Positions 1 to 9,280 of a DNA stretch of 32,066 nt are shown piece after piece (positions within the stretch are counted from its first letter, which is position 1; every line of letters begins with the position of its first letter). The notes under the pieces are model-generated. The model was not told where the DNA came from, searched no databases, and saw only the letters and a list, made by a program, of their open reading frames with translations. The DNA comes from Desulfobulbaceae bacterium (GTDB taxonomy: Bacteria > Desulfobacterota > Desulfobulbia > Desulfobulbales > DAOVSZ01), in NCBI GenBank assembly GCA_030627725.1, contig DAOVSZ010000002.1, positions 1-32,066 on the forward strand. Direction: 5' to 3'. The position numbers and the translations under genes were made by a program.

Positions 1-169
1 CGATAACCCTTAAGGGATAGCCTATCCCCAACTCCCATAGAACAGTATACTTTTTCCCCGGCCCCGACCGCATGTTCACCTTTTTGCCGCCAATACTCAC
101 CATTTCGGCGTGGCCGACAGAAAATGACAAAAAAACAAATAAGAATGTAAGAAAAAATAATCTTCTCAT
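1..169 (-). CDS. Secreted bacterial SH3 (SH3b) domain protein, N-terminal fragment running off the window
   Basis: My own minus-strand translation from the ATG at 169-167 gives MRRLFFLTFLFVFLSFSVGHAEMVSIGGKKVNMRSGPGKKYTVLWELGIGYPLRVI. It has a signal-peptide-like N-terminus followed by a 'VNxRSGPG..Y.VLW....GYPL.V' SH3b-type pattern. An AGGAG (176-180) lies 6 nt upstream. It is absent from the ORF track because it is truncated. Confidence 0.55.
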   Translation of the reverse strand, partial: MRRLFFLTFLFVFLSFSVGHAEMVSIGGKKVNMRSGPGKKYTVLWELGIGYPLRVI

Positions 170-191
170 CCGGTTCTCCTGTGTCTGATCA

Positions 192-1097
192 CTACCCATT
201 CTCCTTAGGAGCAGTCTGAAGCGGGCCTCCAGCCAGAGTACCTCCCAGAGGAATACCGCCTGCTTCAAGAGAAATTGCATCATATTTACAGGCCTGGTGC
301 ATGCATTTCAGGCAGGTAATACACTCGGCATCATCCGGGGACTCATCAAACTTAACACCCATGGGACAGACGTGATGGCAGGCCCCGCAATGGGTGCATC
401 TTGTCGTATCAAGCCGGAGTTTCACAAGCCTGACACGGTGAAAGAAAGCGTAGAATGCACCGAGCGGGCACGTTGTCCTGCAAAAAGGCCGGCTCGACAG
501 CACACTCCAGACAATGAAAACTATCATGATAATAAGTTTATTAAAAAACAACAAGCCCACGGCGGACGTCAGACTTGGCCGCAACGCCAGCAGGGGAAGC
601 CCTGCCTCAAGAGTGCCGGCAGGACAGATAAATTTACAGAACCAGGTCTGGCCAAAACCAAACTCATCAACAAGAAAAAGAGGAAAGAGAACAACAAAAA
701 ACAACAGAATAAAATATTTACAGAACCGCAAAGGCCGGGGAACGTCAAACTTTCTGGAAGGAATTTTATGCAGCAGCTCCTGGAGCAGCCCGAAGGGACA
801 TGCCCATCCACAGATAAGACGCCCGAAAAAACCGCCCAGCACTCCTAAAGAACCGATAACATACAGCCCCACATGATACTGACCGACTTCAAAAGCGGAA
901 CGCACCCCTGCCAGCATCTGCTGCAGAGAGCCTATAGGACAGGCCATGGTTGCGGCAGGACAAGAAAAGCAGTTGAGCCCGGGAGAGCAGATGACCTTGA
1001 TCGGCCCCTGATAAATCGTCTTTGTGACCGGGAAGGCCCAATAACCGTTGTACAGAATAGCGGTAATCGTCTGGACAAACTTTCTGATGACTTCCAT
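192..1097 (-). CDS. Membrane-bound 4Fe-4S polyferredoxin (NapH/MauN/YccM-like)
   Basis: 301-aa ORF. Hydrophobic segments alternate with the Cys motifs CFSCP..CPIG, CGWACPFG, CKFICPAG and CRTTCPLG. The C-terminus carries two ferredoxin-type clusters, CTHCGACHHVCP and CITCLKCMHQAC. Confidence 0.8.
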   Translation of the reverse strand: MEVIRKFVQTITAILYNGYWAFPVTKTIYQGPIKVICSPGLNCFSCPAATMACPIGSLQQMLAGVRSAFEVGQYHVGLYVIGSLGVLGGFFGRLICGWACPFGLLQELLHKIPSRKFDVPRPLRFCKYFILLFFVVLFPLFLVDEFGFGQTWFCKFICPAGTLEAGLPLLALRPSLTSAVGLLFFNKLIIMIVFIVWSVLSSRPFCRTTCPLGAFYAFFHRVRLVKLRLDTTRCTHCGACHHVCPMGVKFDESPDDAECITCLKCMHQACKYDAISLEAGGIPLGGTLAGGPLQTAPKENG

Positions 1098-1194
1098 TTC
1101 AGCCGATCCCTATACAGCTTAAGCATATCTGAACTGCCTGGGAAAGTACCTGCGGCGGTTCACCTGTGACAACACCAACCAGCAAAAGGGCAAG

Positions 1195-1225
1195 AAAAAA
1201 GGCCACTATTACAAAGGGCCTTTTT
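1195..1225 (-). terminator. Possible weak intrinsic terminator after the PilZ pair
   Basis: AAAAAAGGCC (1195-1204) and GGCCTTTTT (1217-1225) form a stem around a 12-nt loop. There are only 4 G:C pairs and the U-tract is partly inside the stem. Confidence 0.25.
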
Positions 1226-1304
1226 CGCAAATGAAACTGTTGTTTTTTGTCATTCGATGACGAATTCTTCATACAAAGACTCTCGTGCCAAACCCTCTTA
1301 CAAA

Positions 1305-1727
1305 TCAGTAATCCTTTTCCTGGGCCATTTCCAACTCCCGCGTCAACTGATCAATGCTCTTGGCAACCGGTTTTCTGGTGCTCGTGCAGATAATGTCATC
1401 CGGATTCACGTGCGCAATGTAGGCGATATTTTTCAAGTGATAGAAGCAGTCACGATTGACATCAAGAAACTCGAGAGCGACTCCATCCTCCTCCACCCGG
1501 ACAACCTCTCCTTTCAAATTGAGAGTAAGCTTGCTTGCTTCACCGATAAAGGTAATAGTGATCTTGCACTTCTCCCCTTTATCAAGGCCATCAACCCCCT
1601 CGACAAAGGCCCCCATCACACTTAAATCCCGCGTGTTGAGTGTCTTATGTTCTTTGTCGGAAAAGATAAGATCTACGGTGGTCCTGTACGGAACTCGGGA
1701 CTCTTTGCGGCGTTCTTGGCTTTTCAT
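1305..1727 (-). CDS. Stand-alone PilZ domain protein (c-di-GMP receptor candidate), paralog 1
   Basis: 140 aa. Both canonical PilZ motifs are present: RRKESR (RxxxR) and DLSVMG (D/NxSxxG). GGAGAAG lies just upstream of the ATG. Confidence 0.8.
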   Translation of the reverse strand: MKSQERRKESRVPYRTTVDLIFSDKEHKTLNTRDLSVMGAFVEGVDGLDKGEKCKITITFIGEASKLTLNLKGEVVRVEEDGVALEFLDVNRDCFYHLKNIAYIAHVNPDDIICTSTRKPVAKSIDQLTRELEMAQEKDY

Positions 1728-1816
1728 TTTGACTTCTCCAGCCTGCTATCCTGTCTAATTTTTTTAAAACTATAGTGTTTTTTTACGGTCACAACAAGAA
1801 GGAGCCCGTCTCCATG

Positions 1817-2203
1817 TCAATGATCTACAAACACTCCCCCAACCCCTTCATCATCAACCACATTGGCAACTTCGTCCGGATTTTCCGTATTATAATAGAC
1901 AATATTTTTCAGATGATAAAAACTGTCCAGATCAATCTCGAAAAAGCATATGGCAACGCCATCTCCCTGAACACGAACAACTTTCCCACGCATTGTCAGG
2001 TTGAGGTCACTGGTCATTCCGGAAAGGTGGAGAATCACTTCACACTCATCTTCAACCTCAACACCCTGAACACCAAGAACAAAAACGTCCTTGATGCTTA
2101 AATCCCTGGTCTCGCACTTATCAAAACTCATCTCAGGGAATTTTAAGGAAGCAGTCGTGTGAAAAGAAACCCGGGTATTTTTCCGCCGTTCATCATGTTC
2201 CAT
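1817..2203 (-). CDS. Stand-alone PilZ domain protein, paralog 2 (degenerate second motif)
   Basis: 128 aa. RRKNTR (RxxxR) is present, but the second motif reads DLSIKD, with D in place of the conserved G. It shares TRDLS, G(E/K)VVRV, DGVA and (C/S)FYHLKNI blocks with paralog 1. A strong SD (GAGGGAGG) precedes the ATG. Confidence 0.75.
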   Translation of the reverse strand: MEHDERRKNTRVSFHTTASLKFPEMSFDKCETRDLSIKDVFVLGVQGVEVEDECEVILHLSGMTSDLNLTMRGKVVRVQGDGVAICFFEIDLDSFYHLKNIVYYNTENPDEVANVVDDEGVGGVFVDH

Positions 2204-2486
2204 TTGTGACCTCCCTCATCGTGACCAGCCGCAGACATTCAAGACTCCCATGAATTTTCTCAGCCTGCCGGGCTGTAATGAAAACCCTCAGGAACAGCCC
2301 TTTTCAATGGCCTGATGTTGTACACACTTTTTTTTAAAATACTTCTCCCACTATTATATAATTTTCAACTGCAAGCAAGAACTTCCGTCAGATTTGAGCA
2401 GTGCCCATGCACATTTATCATCGATTTGTACAGCTGTCAAGTGACCCGACAGAAGGCTGTTACCCTTGAAAAGGAGTTGAAGGAGT

Positions 2487-2508
2487 AAAAAAACAGCAGC
2501 GCAGCTGC
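2487..2508 (-). terminator. Possible intrinsic terminator after the 456-aa gene
   Basis: On the minus strand, GCAGC-tgc-GCTGC (2496-2508) is followed by TG and TTTTTTT (complement of the A-run at 2487-2493). The stem is short (5 bp). Confidence 0.35.
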
Positions 2509-2533
2509 GTATAATAATTCCGGCTCGCCGAAA

Positions 2534-3904
2534 TTATGTCATCACGAGGAACCCTTCACGCCGCAGCACAGGCACGACGTTAAGCAACGGGACCTCCTCT
2601 CCATCTGCGGTGAAGGCAATACCGGCGATGTCGCCATTCCGGTCTTTCCTGAATTTTTCCATGGTCTTTGTCTCTGCATACACCTCTGAGCAAAGAACCA
2701 CTCCACACCATTGTCCATGGCAGACCACAAGCAGTTCATTCGCGTTATCATCCGGCATATCCGGAAGTTCCATCCCTCGCGGGACCATGACAGGCAGAAT
2801 GATTTTTTTGAGTTTTTTACTTTTGACCGCAGAGAGAGCGCCCTTGAACTGTTTTGACAGGTCTCGCATGAAGCGACTGAAATCGCCGAGAGGAACATTG
2901 TTTTTATCCAGATAGGTCTTTCGCTGTTTTGAGGTAACAGCCCTGTGGATTGAAATAACACTTTCCGGCATCGCTACAATTTTTTCGCCCAGGGTGATAC
3001 ATCGTATCTCTGTTGCCGGGCACGCCTTTGTTTCCTTCTGCTCTCGAACCGGATCCGTCAACACCTCTTCAGGCGGCTGGTCTTCTGCTCTACCCGTATC
3101 AGAACCTATAACCTCTGCCCTCTGTTCAGGTCCAGGTCCAGGTCCTTCTGTTTTTTCCGCTCGTTTTTTCTGCTCTGTGGTCAGTTCATCCAACAAATCA
3201 CGGATTGCGGCGCCGACCTCCTCAGTCTTATGCAGTGAAGCTTCGAGTTCGCTGACCAGTTTATCTATTGCCACACCCTCAATTGCATGATCATTCGGTT
3301 TTTGCAAAAAAGAAACCACTGTAGGCTGTTCATTTTCATCCAAGGAGTCAACTCCTTGCTCCTGTTCATCCTGAACAGAGGCATCTTTCTCATCCTCCTC
3401 ATCAGGGACCACTGTTGCCGGAGACGACTCTTCCACACGTCCAGGCGCTGCCAGAGTTGCAGTCAGGGTTATCTCCCGGGCCACCTCTTTCTTCGCGGCC
3501 TCTTTCTCTCCCTTCTCTCTGTTCGTAATCTCCTTCTGTTCCCGGCCTTGCGCTTTAATTTTCTTTTTCAGACTTTCAAAGCGTGAATAGACAGTCTGAA
3601 AAAGCTTCTCATCTTTTTCAGGATCAAAAACAGGGTCCTCATAGAGTGTCACGATATGGGCCATCGCCTCTTTCAGAAAATCTATCGAATCAGGCGGCAA
3701 CTTATCACCTCGTTTCTTGACGTACTCAAGGACATTGGCGGCCATCACAAGGATCGCCAGCGCAGCCTTTCTGCTCTTAAAACGCTGCTTCATACATGAA
3801 ATGGCAGCATCAAGAAGGTCTGCCCTTTTCTGATTCAACCGCCAGTCAGGCGCGATTATCTCCGATTTGAAGCGTTGGATCGACTCATCAATTGATAAAA
3901 TCAT
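2534..3904 (-). CDS. Hypothetical protein: helical N-terminus, long acidic low-complexity middle, CheW-like C-terminal domain
   Basis: 456-aa ORF. The middle third is E/D/K/Q-rich and contains GPGPGP. The last ~150 aa (ITLGEKIVAMPESVISIHRAV ... LLVVCHGQWCGVVLCSEVYAE ... EEVPLLNVVPVL) follow the CheW-domain pattern. The CheW call is by eye only. Confidence 0.6.
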   Translation of the reverse strand: MILSIDESIQRFKSEIIAPDWRLNQKRADLLDAAISCMKQRFKSRKAALAILVMAANVLEYVKKRGDKLPPDSIDFLKEAMAHIVTLYEDPVFDPEKDEKLFQTVYSRFESLKKKIKAQGREQKEITNREKGEKEAAKKEVAREITLTATLAAPGRVEESSPATVVPDEEDEKDASVQDEQEQGVDSLDENEQPTVVSFLQKPNDHAIEGVAIDKLVSELEASLHKTEEVGAAIRDLLDELTTEQKKRAEKTEGPGPGPEQRAEVIGSDTGRAEDQPPEEVLTDPVREQKETKACPATEIRCITLGEKIVAMPESVISIHRAVTSKQRKTYLDKNNVPLGDFSRFMRDLSKQFKGALSAVKSKKLKKIILPVMVPRGMELPDMPDDNANELLVVCHGQWCGVVLCSEVYAETKTMEKFRKDRNGDIAGIAFTADGEEVPLLNVVPVLRREGFLVMT

Positions 3905-3960
3905 AAGTTCACTTTGAAAATGAATTGCATTATCCTGATCCGTCTCTTATTAACATGAGA

Positions 3961-4096
3961 GTAACTATTCAGCTGCACCCCATCTTCGGAGTCTCCGCTA
4001 CGCTTCGCTTACCTGAACGATCAGGCCTGCTCACATAGGCGGGCTATAGACTCGCAGGCCTGCTTGTCCAAATATGGGGCACATCTGAATAGTTAC
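3961..4096. repeat. Long imperfect palindrome 'element A' (136 nt), possibly a MITE-like element or structured RNA
   Basis: The terminal inverted repeat GTAACTATTCAG (3961-3972) / CTGAATAGTTAC (4085-4096) is extended by TG/CA and CCCCA/TGGGG pairs. The interior carries CAGGCCTGCT twice (4022-4031 and 4055-4064). It shares the blocks TCGGAGTCTC (3986-3995) and TCGCTTACCTG (4005-4015) with element B. Confidence 0.6.
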
Positions 4097-4188
4097 AGCA
4101 TATCGTTTAGAATAATTTTGCAGCCACACCTGAACAGTTACACAAGATATAACTTTTTTCTCCTCCGGCATCATCAAAAAAATCTTTT

Positions 4189-4968
4189 ATGATGGAAAAT
4201 CTCCCTTCCATAATCTCTTTTATTTTCGGGGCCGTTGTCGGCAGTTTCCTGAATGTTGTCATTTTAAGACTTCCGGAAGAAGAAAAATCAATCGTCTTCC
4301 CCCCCTCCCACTGCCCATACTGCAAAAAAAATATCAACTGGTATGACAATATTCCACTCATCAGTTTTCTGCTTCTGCGGGGCGCTTGCCGAAGCTGCAG
4401 AAAACCGATTTCCTGGCAATATCCTCTGGTCGAACTTTCTATGGCCCTGCTGTCTCTCTTTTTGTATAAAAATTTTTCATTCTCCGTTCCATTCGGAATC
4501 TATTTTGTCTTTTCTGCCGCTCTCCTTGCGATAATCTTCATTGATTTCAGACATCAGATCATACCGGACCTCATCAGCCTGCCAGGGATTATTGCAGGAT
4601 TTGCCTTTTCTTTTATCAACCCTTTTGTGTCTTGGCAGGATTCCGGATTAGGGATTCTGCTCGGAGGAGGCAGCCTCTACGCCGTGGCAATAGGGTATTA
4701 CCTGATAGCCAGAAGGGACGGCATGGGCGGCGGTGACATAAAACTCCTCGGAATGATCGGCGGCTTCCTGGGCTGGCAATCTCTGCCATTTGTCATCTTC
4801 AGCAGTTCGCTGACCGGCGCTGTTGCGGGCATCGGGGCAATGATCAAGCAGGGGAAAGGTGGAAAAACAGTCATTCCGTTCGGACCGTTTCTTGCGCTCG
4901 GGAGTTTGCTCTATCTCTTTTTTCAGCCTGAAATCATCTCTTACACCAAAATGTTGCTGTTTCCCTGA
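4189..4968 (+). CDS. pilD: Prepilin peptidase / N-methyltransferase (A24 family)
   Basis: 259 aa. The N-terminal Cys-rich segment CPYC..(17)..CRSC sits within '..NIPLISFLLLRGACRSC..'. The protein has multiple TM segments and the A24-typical GMGGGDIKLLGMIGGFLGW block. Confidence 0.9.
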   Translation: MMENLPSIISFIFGAVVGSFLNVVILRLPEEEKSIVFPPSHCPYCKKNINWYDNIPLISFLLLRGACRSCRKPISWQYPLVELSMALLSLFLYKNFSFSVPFGIYFVFSAALLAIIFIDFRHQIIPDLISLPGIIAGFAFSFINPFVSWQDSGLGILLGGGSLYAVAIGYYLIARRDGMGGGDIKLLGMIGGFLGWQSLPFVIFSSSLTGAVAGIGAMIKQGKGGKTVIPFGPFLALGSLLYLFFQPEIISYTKMLLFP

Positions 4969-4992
4969 CAAGGCAAAACCTTGTATTTTTTT
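4968..4992 (+). terminator. Weak intrinsic terminator after pilD
   Basis: ACAAGG (4968-4973), loop CAAAA, CCTTGT (4979-4984), then A and TTTTTTT (4986-4992). Confidence 0.4.
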
Positions 4993-5063
4993 CATCCACC
5001 ACCATTTTTTTTAACACACTTAAATTTCTTTACAGAAAGACAAAACAATAATATTCTAGAATT

Positions 5064-6440
5064 ATGATAAAAACTGAAAACAAAAAAGTCCTGATCGTCG
5101 ATGACGATCAGGTCCTGCAGGAACTTCTGTCAAAACTTCTGGCCGACAACGGGTATGTTACCGATCTGGCCGACAACGGGCAGGAGGCCTTGGAAAAGGC
5201 TGAGAAAAAGGCATACGATCATATCATAACCGATATCAATATGCCGGTGATGGACGGGCTTGCTCTTCTGGAAAATCTGCGGCAAAAAGATATCCGGGCC
5301 AGCGTGATCGTTATCTCGGCCCATTCCGACATGGAAAACGTTGTCAAGGCTGTCAAATTAGGGGCCAGTGACTTTATTGCCAAACCTTTTCAGTCTGAAG
5401 AGGAGATCCTGCTCACCTTGAAAAAGGTTGAGGAAAAGGATTCTTTGCTCAAGGAAAATTTCCGGCTCAGACAAGAGGTTGAAGATAAGTATACCTTTTC
5501 AAAAATTGTCGCCAAAAGCGGCAGCATGTTGTCAATATTCAAGACCATAGAAAAAATTGCCGACTACAAGACTTCAGTGCTCATCACCGGCGAGAGCGGC
5601 ACGGGTAAGGAACTCATTGCCAAGGCAATCCACTATAACAGCAACCGGAAACACCACGCTCTTATAGACATAAATTGCGGCGGCATTCCGGAGACGTTGC
5701 TTGAGAGTGAACTCTTCGGATACGAAAAAGGGGCCTTTACCGATGCCTACCGCAGCAAAAAAGGTCTCTTTGTTGAGGCGGACGGAGGGACATTATTTTT
5801 AGATGAAATGGGAGAACTGCCCCTGGCTCTTCAGGTGAAGCTTCTCCGCGCCCTTCAGGAAGAAGAAATCAGACCTCTGGGCGGTTCCAATTCAGTCAAG
5901 GTGGATGTTCGCATCATTGCCGCGACCGCCAGAAATCTCCGAGAGGAGGTATCAAAAGGGACCTTCAGAGAAGACCTGTATTACCGTGTAAACGTTCTCA
6001 CTATTGAAATTCCACCTCTCCGCGACCGAAGAGAAGATATTCCACTCCTTATTGACCATTTTATAAAAAAATATAATACCCGACTTGGAATCGACATTGA
6101 TAAGATCGACGGCAAATGCATGCAGATTTTGCTTGAGTATCCATGGCCGGGAAATGTCCGGGAACTTGAAAACATCATTGAACGGTGCATGGCACTTGCC
6201 GACCATAATGTGCTCACCGCAGAAAATCTTCCGCCGGATATATTCCGCAAGACGGAAGTGAATGCTGAAGGTTTTCAGAGCGCGGGGCTTTCTATAAAGA
6301 AAAACGCAAAAGTCCTGGAACGGCAGCTGATTTCCAAGGCACTTGAGGAGACGAAAGGAAATAAGACAAAGGCGGCAGAGATCCTTGAAATCAGTCTGCC
6401 TGCACTTTTATACAAGATAAAGGAGTACAAAATCGGTTGA
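5064..6440 (+). CDS. Sigma-54-dependent response regulator (NtrC family: REC + AAA+ + Fis-type HTH)
   Basis: 458 aa. The REC domain has VLIVDDD and the acceptor context ITDINMP. The AAA+ domain has Walker A GESGTGKE, Walker B LFLDE and the sigma-54 contact loop EKGAFTDA (a variant of GAFTGA). The C-terminus is an HTH, KTKAAEILEISLPALLYKIKEY. Confidence 0.9.
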   Translation: MIKTENKKVLIVDDDQVLQELLSKLLADNGYVTDLADNGQEALEKAEKKAYDHIITDINMPVMDGLALLENLRQKDIRASVIVISAHSDMENVVKAVKLGASDFIAKPFQSEEEILLTLKKVEEKDSLLKENFRLRQEVEDKYTFSKIVAKSGSMLSIFKTIEKIADYKTSVLITGESGTGKELIAKAIHYNSNRKHHALIDINCGGIPETLLESELFGYEKGAFTDAYRSKKGLFVEADGGTLFLDEMGELPLALQVKLLRALQEEEIRPLGGSNSVKVDVRIIAATARNLREEVSKGTFREDLYYRVNVLTIEIPPLRDRREDIPLLIDHFIKKYNTRLGIDIDKIDGKCMQILLEYPWPGNVRELENIIERCMALADHNVLTAENLPPDIFRKTEVNAEGFQSAGLSIKKNAKVLERQLISKALEETKGNKTKAAEILEISLPALLYKIKEYKIG

Positions 6441-6464
6441 ACAACTCTCAAACCGGAAAAGGCT

Positions 6465-7406
6465 ATGCATAATCGTGACCAATTACTCGACCACCTGAGC
6501 ATCGGGGTAGTTGTGCTTGATTCGTTCCTCGAGATTGAATTCTGGAACAAATGGATGGAGGAGCATAGTCTGCTGGACCGTTCAGAAGTACTTGGAAAAC
6601 CTATTTATGACCTCTTCCCCTCTCTGATCCATAAAGAATTTACAAAAAAAGCCCGCGAATCTTTCCGAAACGGAACTCCTGCCTTTTTCACAAATAAGGC
6701 AAACCAGTATCTCTTTCCCTTTCCTTCAAGCCGCTCCCTTCTCTCTAACAAGCTGTCAAATATGCAGCAGACGGTTATTCTCTCGCCACTCAAGGACAAA
6801 ATGGGAGAAACCGTCCGCCTTCTGGTCTCAGTCTTTGACATAACTGACTGGATAACAAACCAGCACCAGCTGATGGAGTCAAAAGAAAAGCTCGAAAAAC
6901 TGAGCCAGATTGACGAATTGACCGGTATTCAGAACCGAAGAAGCCTGATGGAAAAACTCAAGATGGAACTGTGCATTCACGCCCGCAAAAAGAGGCCGCT
7001 GGCCCTGGCAATGATCGACATTGACCACTTTAAAAAAATCAATGACACGTATGGTCATCAATGCGGTGATACGGTTCTGATCAAGATGGCAAATCTTTTT
7101 GCTGAAAGCTTAAGGGGATATGACACCTTAGGCAGGTATGGCGGAGAGGAATTCGTGATCATCCTGCCTGAGGCAACACCTGAAGAAGCTCAACGTATCT
7201 GCGAACGTATACGCCAAAACGTTGAAAAAAAAGTTTTCTATTACGAAAAGGAAACAATACAAATGACCATCAGCATCGGTGTTGCCTTCAGTGACGCACA
7301 CTCTTTTCCCGAGGCGGAAGAGCTTCTCAAAAAGGCGGATGACAGCCTGTATCAGGCAAAAAACAACGGCAGAAACCAAGTGGTTGTCTTTGTAGAAGAG
7401 GGTTAA
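6465..7406 (+). CDS. PAS-GGDEF diguanylate cyclase with an intact I-site
   Basis: 313 aa. The N-terminus is PAS-like ([21 protein letters not shown]). The active site is GGEEF. RGYD (RxxD) lies five residues upstream of [19 protein letters not shown] is typical of GGDEF domains. Confidence 0.9.
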   Translation: MHNRDQLLDHLSIGVVVLDSFLEIEFWNKWMEEHSLLDRSEVLGKPIYDLFPSLIHKEFTKKARESFRNGTPAFFTNKANQYLFPFPSSRSLLSNKLSNMQQTVILSPLKDKMGETVRLLVSVFDITDWITNQHQLMESKEKLEKLSQIDELTGIQNRRSLMEKLKMELCIHARKKRPLALAMIDIDHFKKINDTYGHQCGDTVLIKMANLFAESLRGYDTLGRYGGEEFVIILPEATPEEAQRICERIRQNVEKKVFYYEKETIQMTISIGVAFSDAHSFPEAEELLKKADDSLYQAKNNGRNQVVVFVEEG

Positions 7407-9280
7407 AGCAAGCCGATTTTTTTCAAATGCACCTGCAGAACGGAGATCGCGGCCGGTGTTATTCCTGAGATTCGCGAGGCCTGTCCCAGTGACTTCGGCC
7501 GGATCCTGGTCAATTTCTCAACAACCTCATTGGACAATCCTGAAAATTCCGCATAATCGATTTCTTCCGGCAGGGCAACAGACTCGATCCTCTTGAACCT
7601 CTCCACCTGTTCCATCTGACGCTCAATATACCCCTTGTACTTCACCTGGACCTGGACCTCGTGGCTGACATCATCTGAAATCCCGGACTCAATATCAATC
7701 AGGTCTTTCAGATCATCAAACGTGAGTTCCGGTCGACGCATAAGGTCGGACAATTTTACAGGCTGCTTCAGCGGCACGCTGCCCAATTCCGTAAGGAGCA
7801 CATTCACCTCCTGTCCGGGCTTCACCGTTGTTGCCTCCAGATGAGAAATGGTCTTTTCAACAGCTTCTCGTTTTGCCTGAAAAGCCTCATAGGTCTTTTG
7901 ATCGACCAGCCCCAGTTCATAGCCGATGTCCCGTAGCCTAAGGTCGGCATTGTCTTCCCGGAGCAGAAGCCTGTATTCCGCCCGCGAGGTAAAAAGACGA
8001 TACGGCTCTTTTGTTCCCAGAGTCACCAGATCATCGATCAATACACCGATATAGGCCTGGGCCCGGTCCAGTATCAGCGGCTCCTCGTTTCCGGCATATT
8101 TGACCGCATTAATTCCCGCCACAAGCCCCTGCGCCGCCGCCTCTTCATATCCGGAAGTACCGTTGATCTGCCCGGCCAGAAACAGTCCCGAAATCCGTTT
8201 CGTCTCAAGAGAGGGAGTAAGCTCCAGCGGATCAACATAATCATACTCTATCGCATATCCGGGCCGTATCATCTTGACCTGCTCAAGACCCTTTATGCTC
8301 TTAAGCATTGCCATCTGTACATCAACAGGTAGACTTGTCGGCACACCGTTAGGATATACCTCGACCGTGTCTATGCCTTCCGGCTCAAGGAATATCTGGT
8401 GTCGTTCCTTTTCAGGGAACCGCATTACCTTATCTTCCACAGAGGGACAATAACGGGCGCCGACACCTTCTATGATCCCGGCGTACATCGGAGACCGGTC
8501 CGTGCCTGCCCTGATGATATCGTGGGTTTTCCGGTTGGTATATGTAATATGGCATGGAAACTGGGGAAGCGCAGGACTGCCTGTCGTTGAAAAAGAAAAA
8601 TAACATGGCGGGTCATCACTGTATTGGGCTTCCAGAACAGAGTAATCGATGGTTGTCGCATCAAGCCTCGGCGTTGTGCCCGTCTTCATCCTGCCCATCG
8701 CAAATCCCAGTTCCTTCAGATGGCCAGGCAGCTTCAACGACGGCACATCTCCCATCCTGCCGGCAGGAAAATTCTTGAGTCCGATATGAATCAGTCCGTT
8801 TAAGAAGGTGCCGGTGACAATGATGACCGCCTTGGCCTTTATGACCTCATCAAGAGAGGTAACAGCCCCTGCCACACGCCCCTCTTCTATCAGCAACCGG
8901 TCAACTGTTGCCTGTTTTATGTCGAGCCCTTCCTGTCTCTCCAGCACGGACTTCATGCGAAGCCGGTATAAGAGCCGGTCTGCCTGAGCGCGCGACGACC
9001 AGACCGCAGGGCCTTTGCTGGTATTAAGCCGGCGAAACTGGATGGCGGTGGCATCGATGTTTCTGGCCATTTCGCCACCCAAGGCATCTATCTCCTTTAC
9101 CAGATGGCCTTTGGCCAGACCGCCGATGGCCGGATTACAGGACATGGCCCCGATGCTGTCGACATTGATCACACAGATCGCTGTCTTACAGCCCATCCTG
9201 GCGGCGGCAAGCGCCGCCTCACATCCGGCATGACCCGCTCCTACCACCAGAACATCATAGGCATTATCACGAAACTCCAT
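7403..9280 (-). CDS. mnmG: tRNA uridine-5-carboxymethylaminomethyl modification enzyme MnmG (GidA)
   Basis: The FAD-binding N-terminus reads [16 protein letters not shown] and the length of ~625 aa fits MnmG. The ORF opens at 9292 (MGNV-MEF). The ATG at 9280 gives the usual spacing before the DV..GxGxAG motif, but either start is possible. Confidence 0.93.
   Translation of the reverse strand: MEFRDNAYDVLVVGAGHAGCEAALAAARMGCKTAICVINVDSIGAMSCNPAIGGLAKGHLVKEIDALGGEMARNIDATAIQFRRLNTSKGPAVWSSRAQADRLLYRLRMKSVLERQEGLDIKQATVDRLLIEEGRVAGAVTSLDEVIKAKAVIIVTGTFLNGLIHIGLKNFPAGRMGDVPSLKLPGHLKELGFAMGRMKTGTTPRLDATTIDYSVLEAQYSDDPPCYFSFSTTGSPALPQFPCHITYTNRKTHDIIRAGTDRSPMYAGIIEGVGARYCPSVEDKVMRFPEKERHQIFLEPEGIDTVEVYPNGVPTSLPVDVQMAMLKSIKGLEQVKMIRPGYAIEYDYVDPLELTPSLETKRISGLFLAGQINGTSGYEEAAAQGLVAGINAVKYAGNEEPLILDRAQAYIGVLIDDLVTLGTKEPYRLFTSRAEYRLLLREDNADLRLRDIGYELGLVDQKTYEAFQAKREAVEKTISHLEATTVKPGQEVNVLLTELGSVPLKQPVKLSDLMRRPELTFDDLKDLIDIESGISDDVSHEVQVQVKYKGYIERQMEQVERFKRIESVALPEEIDYAEFSGLSNEVVEKLTRIRPKSLGQASRISGITPAAISVLQVHLKKIGLL

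Noticed and set aside
297-848. Long plus-strand ORFs (183 aa and 120 aa) antisense to the polyferredoxin gene
   Set aside because: The composition is Lys/Arg/Gln/Pro-rich and not protein-like. They overlap entirely with a minus-strand ORF that carries clear Fe-S motifs. They are shadow ORFs.
1098-1195. GGCAG...TGCT upstream of the polyferredoxin gene, a possible -24/-12 promoter
   Set aside because: The GG-to-GC spacing is 2 nt too long compared with the sigma-54 consensus.
4107-4361. 84-aa minus-strand ORF overlapping the pilD start
   Set aside because: It overlaps the well-supported pilD N-terminus, and the apparent SD (GGAGGAGAA) has no suitably spaced start codon. It is probably spurious.
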